From a bacterium (GTDB lineage: Bacteria > Sysuimicrobiota > Sysuimicrobiia > Sysuimicrobiales > Kaftiobacteriaceae), in contig JBIOWP010000124.1 of the NCBI GenBank assembly GCA_044868695.1, forward strand, positions 1 through 17,403: 17,403 nt of DNA, given 5' to 3'. A program made the translations under genes and the position numbers. Position 1 is the stretch's first letter. Each line of letters opens with the position of its first letter. Shown here piece by piece: positions 15,678 to 17,403 of the stretch. A model generated the notes under the pieces. It worked only from the letters and a program-made list of their open reading frames with translations, was not told the origin of the DNA and did not search any database.

Positions 15678-16652
15678 ATGACAGAGTTTCGACCCGCCGA
15701 CGCGTTCCGGTCGCCGCGGTTTGCGCAACTGGCGACATTCATGCGGCTGCCCCATACCACCGACCTCGCGGGACTGGACGTGGCTCTGCTCGGTATCCCC
15801 TTCGACGGGGGCACGTCCTACCGGTCGGGATCCCGGTTTGGCCCGCGCGACATCCGGCAGCACAGCAGCCTGATCCGGCCGTACAATCCCGCGCTGCAGG
15901 TGAGTCCCTTCGATGTCCTGCGCGTAGCCGACGTGGGCGATGTGGACGTCAACCCGATCGACATCGAGGACACGTACGGTCGCGTGGAGCAGGCCGTCGG
16001 GGAGATCCTCAACGGGAAAGTGATCCCGCTGTGCGTTGGGGGCGACCACTCGCTGTCCCTGCCGATCCTGCGGGCGGTGGCGAAGCGGCATGGGCCGGTC
16101 GGCATGGTGCACGTCGACTCGCACCAGGATATGTGGGAAGAGTACTTCGGAAACAAGTACTTCCACGGCACGCCGTTCCGGCGGGCGATCGAGGAGAAGT
16201 TGCTGGACACGAAGCGTGTGATCCAGATCGGTATCCGCGGACCGCTGTACGGCCCGGAGGATTTCGACTTCGGGAAGAAACACGGGGTCTGCGTTCTTAC
16301 CGCAGACCAGGTGGGCCAGGTGGGGTTGGCCTGGGTGAAGGAGCAGATGCTCGCCGTCCGCGGCGGGCCGGTGTATCTCTCATTTGACATCGACGGGGTG
16401 GACCCGGCCTACGCGCCCGGCACCGGGACACCCGAGGTGGCGGGGCTGACCAGCCGGGAGGCGATCGAGCTGGTGCGGGGGCTCGTGGGGTTCGAGCTGG
16501 TCGGGGCGGATCTCGTCGAAGTCTCGCCGCCGTACGACCACGCGGGGATCACGTCGATGCTGGCGGCGAACTTGCTATTTGAGGTGATCTCCGTGCTCGC
16601 GGCGACCCGGACGCAGACGCAGGAAACCAAGGGACGCGGAGGAAAACTCTAG
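15678..16652 (+). CDS. Ureohydrolase (agmatinase/guanidinobutyrase-like, arginase superfamily)
   Basis: Start ATG 15678. SPRFAQLATFMRLP, GIPFDGG, GSRFGP, GGDHS, HVDSHQD, HGTPF, SFDIDGVDPAYAPGTGTPE, DLVEVSP. Confidence 0.93.
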   Translation: MTEFRPADAFRSPRFAQLATFMRLPHTTDLAGLDVALLGIPFDGGTSYRSGSRFGPRDIRQHSSLIRPYNPALQVSPFDVLRVADVGDVDVNPIDIEDTYGRVEQAVGEILNGKVIPLCVGGDHSLSLPILRAVAKRHGPVGMVHVDSHQDMWEEYFGNKYFHGTPFRRAIEEKLLDTKRVIQIGIRGPLYGPEDFDFGKKHGVCVLTADQVGQVGLAWVKEQMLAVRGGPVYLSFDIDGVDPAYAPGTGTPEVAGLTSREAIELVRGLVGFELVGADLVEVSPPYDHAGITSMLAANLLFEVISVLAATRTQTQETKGRGGKL

Positions 16653-16686
16653 CACATCCAGCCTGCCTGTCATTGAGGAGATGAGT

Positions 16687-17280
16687 ATGATGCGAAAGTC
16701 TGCTGCGTTTGCAGTCATCCTGGCACTTATCGCCACGTTGGTTCTTCTCCCCGCGCCCGCTCCAGCGCAGAAGGCGCTAAAGGTCGGCTATCCGGTGTGG
16801 GTCGGCTACGGCCCACTGTTCCTTGCCGACAAAAAGGGCTTCCTCAAGGAACTGGGCGTCAGCGTGGAGTTCGTCAACATGGAGGACACGAAGACGCGCT
16901 ACGTGGCGCTGGCCGCCGGGAAGATCGACGGCCTGATGACGACGATCGATACGATGGTCCTGCGGGTGAAGCCGGACTTCCAGCTTGCCGCCGTCATGGC
17001 GTTTGACGACAGCAAAGGTGGCGACGGGATCGTCGCACGCAAGGAGATCAAGAGCGTCAAGGACCTCAAGGGCAAGAAGGTGGCGTTTGGGGAAGGGTCG
17101 GTCAGTCACTTCTTCTTGGGGTTCCTGCTGAAGCAGAACGGCATGACCTTCAAGGACATCGTGCCGGTCAACATGACAGCCGGCGATGCGGGTGCGGCGT
17201 TCGTGGCCAACAAAGTTGATGCGGCGGTGACGTGGGTCTCCTGCGCGCTGTCGCTGCCGGCGTCGAGCGCTTCGCGCTGA
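16687..17280 (+). pseudogene. NitT/TauT (SsuA/THI5-like) ABC solute-binding protein, truncated after VTW at 17235
   Basis: SD GAGGAG 16675-16680; signal peptide; WVGYGPLFLADKKGF, DSKGGDGIVA, IKSVKDLKGKKVA, KVDAAVTW. The family normally continues WEP plus a further C-terminal region; here 14 unrelated residues and a stop follow. Confidence 0.75.
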
Positions 17281-17403
17281 CTCTCGATGAAGATGTCCAG
17301 TTTCGGTGCGCCGCTCAGGTCCAGCGCCGTGAGCTTGTCGGCGACTTTGTTCTTCGCTTCGTCTTTGCCCGCGTCCATCGCCGGGTTGAGACCATCGTCG
17401 ACG
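17237..17403 (-). other. Fragment of an unrelated minus-strand coding sequence joined to the truncated SBP
   Basis: Frame is open from the right edge (VDDGLNPAMDAGKDEAKNKVADKLTALDLSGAPKLDIFIESQREALDAGSDSAQET) with mostly G/C third positions; no family recognised. Confidence 0.5.

Noticed and set aside
15678..16652. Assigning the symbol speB
   Set aside because: Motifs establish the ureohydrolase family but cannot separate agmatinase from guanidinobutyrase or related enzymes.
17235..17393. Inward-facing GGTCTC/GAGACC (BsaI) pair at the junction suggesting a cloning scar or element ends
   Set aside because: Only 6 bp, the same hexamer occurs elsewhere (1306, 14270), and the minus-strand frame continues through the second site.

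Overview
GC-rich bacterial DNA with three blocks. (1) 1-1700: two head-to-head type II toxin-antitoxin operons (Phd/YefM-like antitoxin plus a PIN/VapC toxin running off the left edge and missed by the ORF track; RHH antitoxin plus VapC), with readable promoters and operator palindromes, then a REP-like palindrome with a 25-bp tandem expansion. (2) 1723-10461: a divergent catabolic/transport locus around a YheO/DauR-type regulator. The left arm has an ornithine cyclodeaminase/mu-crystallin enzyme and a family-5 ABC solute-binding protein (SBP). The right arm has the regulator, a paralogous SBP, a cysteine hydrolase, an M20 hydrolase with a non-canonical active site, and DppB/DppC-type permeases. 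(3) 10595-17280: a tightly coupled operon of SBP, DppB/DppC-type permeases, a signal-less class A beta-lactamase-fold serine hydrolase, M55 D-aminopeptidase (dppA), a ureohydrolase, and a NitT/TauT-type SBP broken at about 17236 by unrelated minus-strand coding sequence. No ABC ATPase gene is present. All calls come from motif recognition by eye; no database searches were run.
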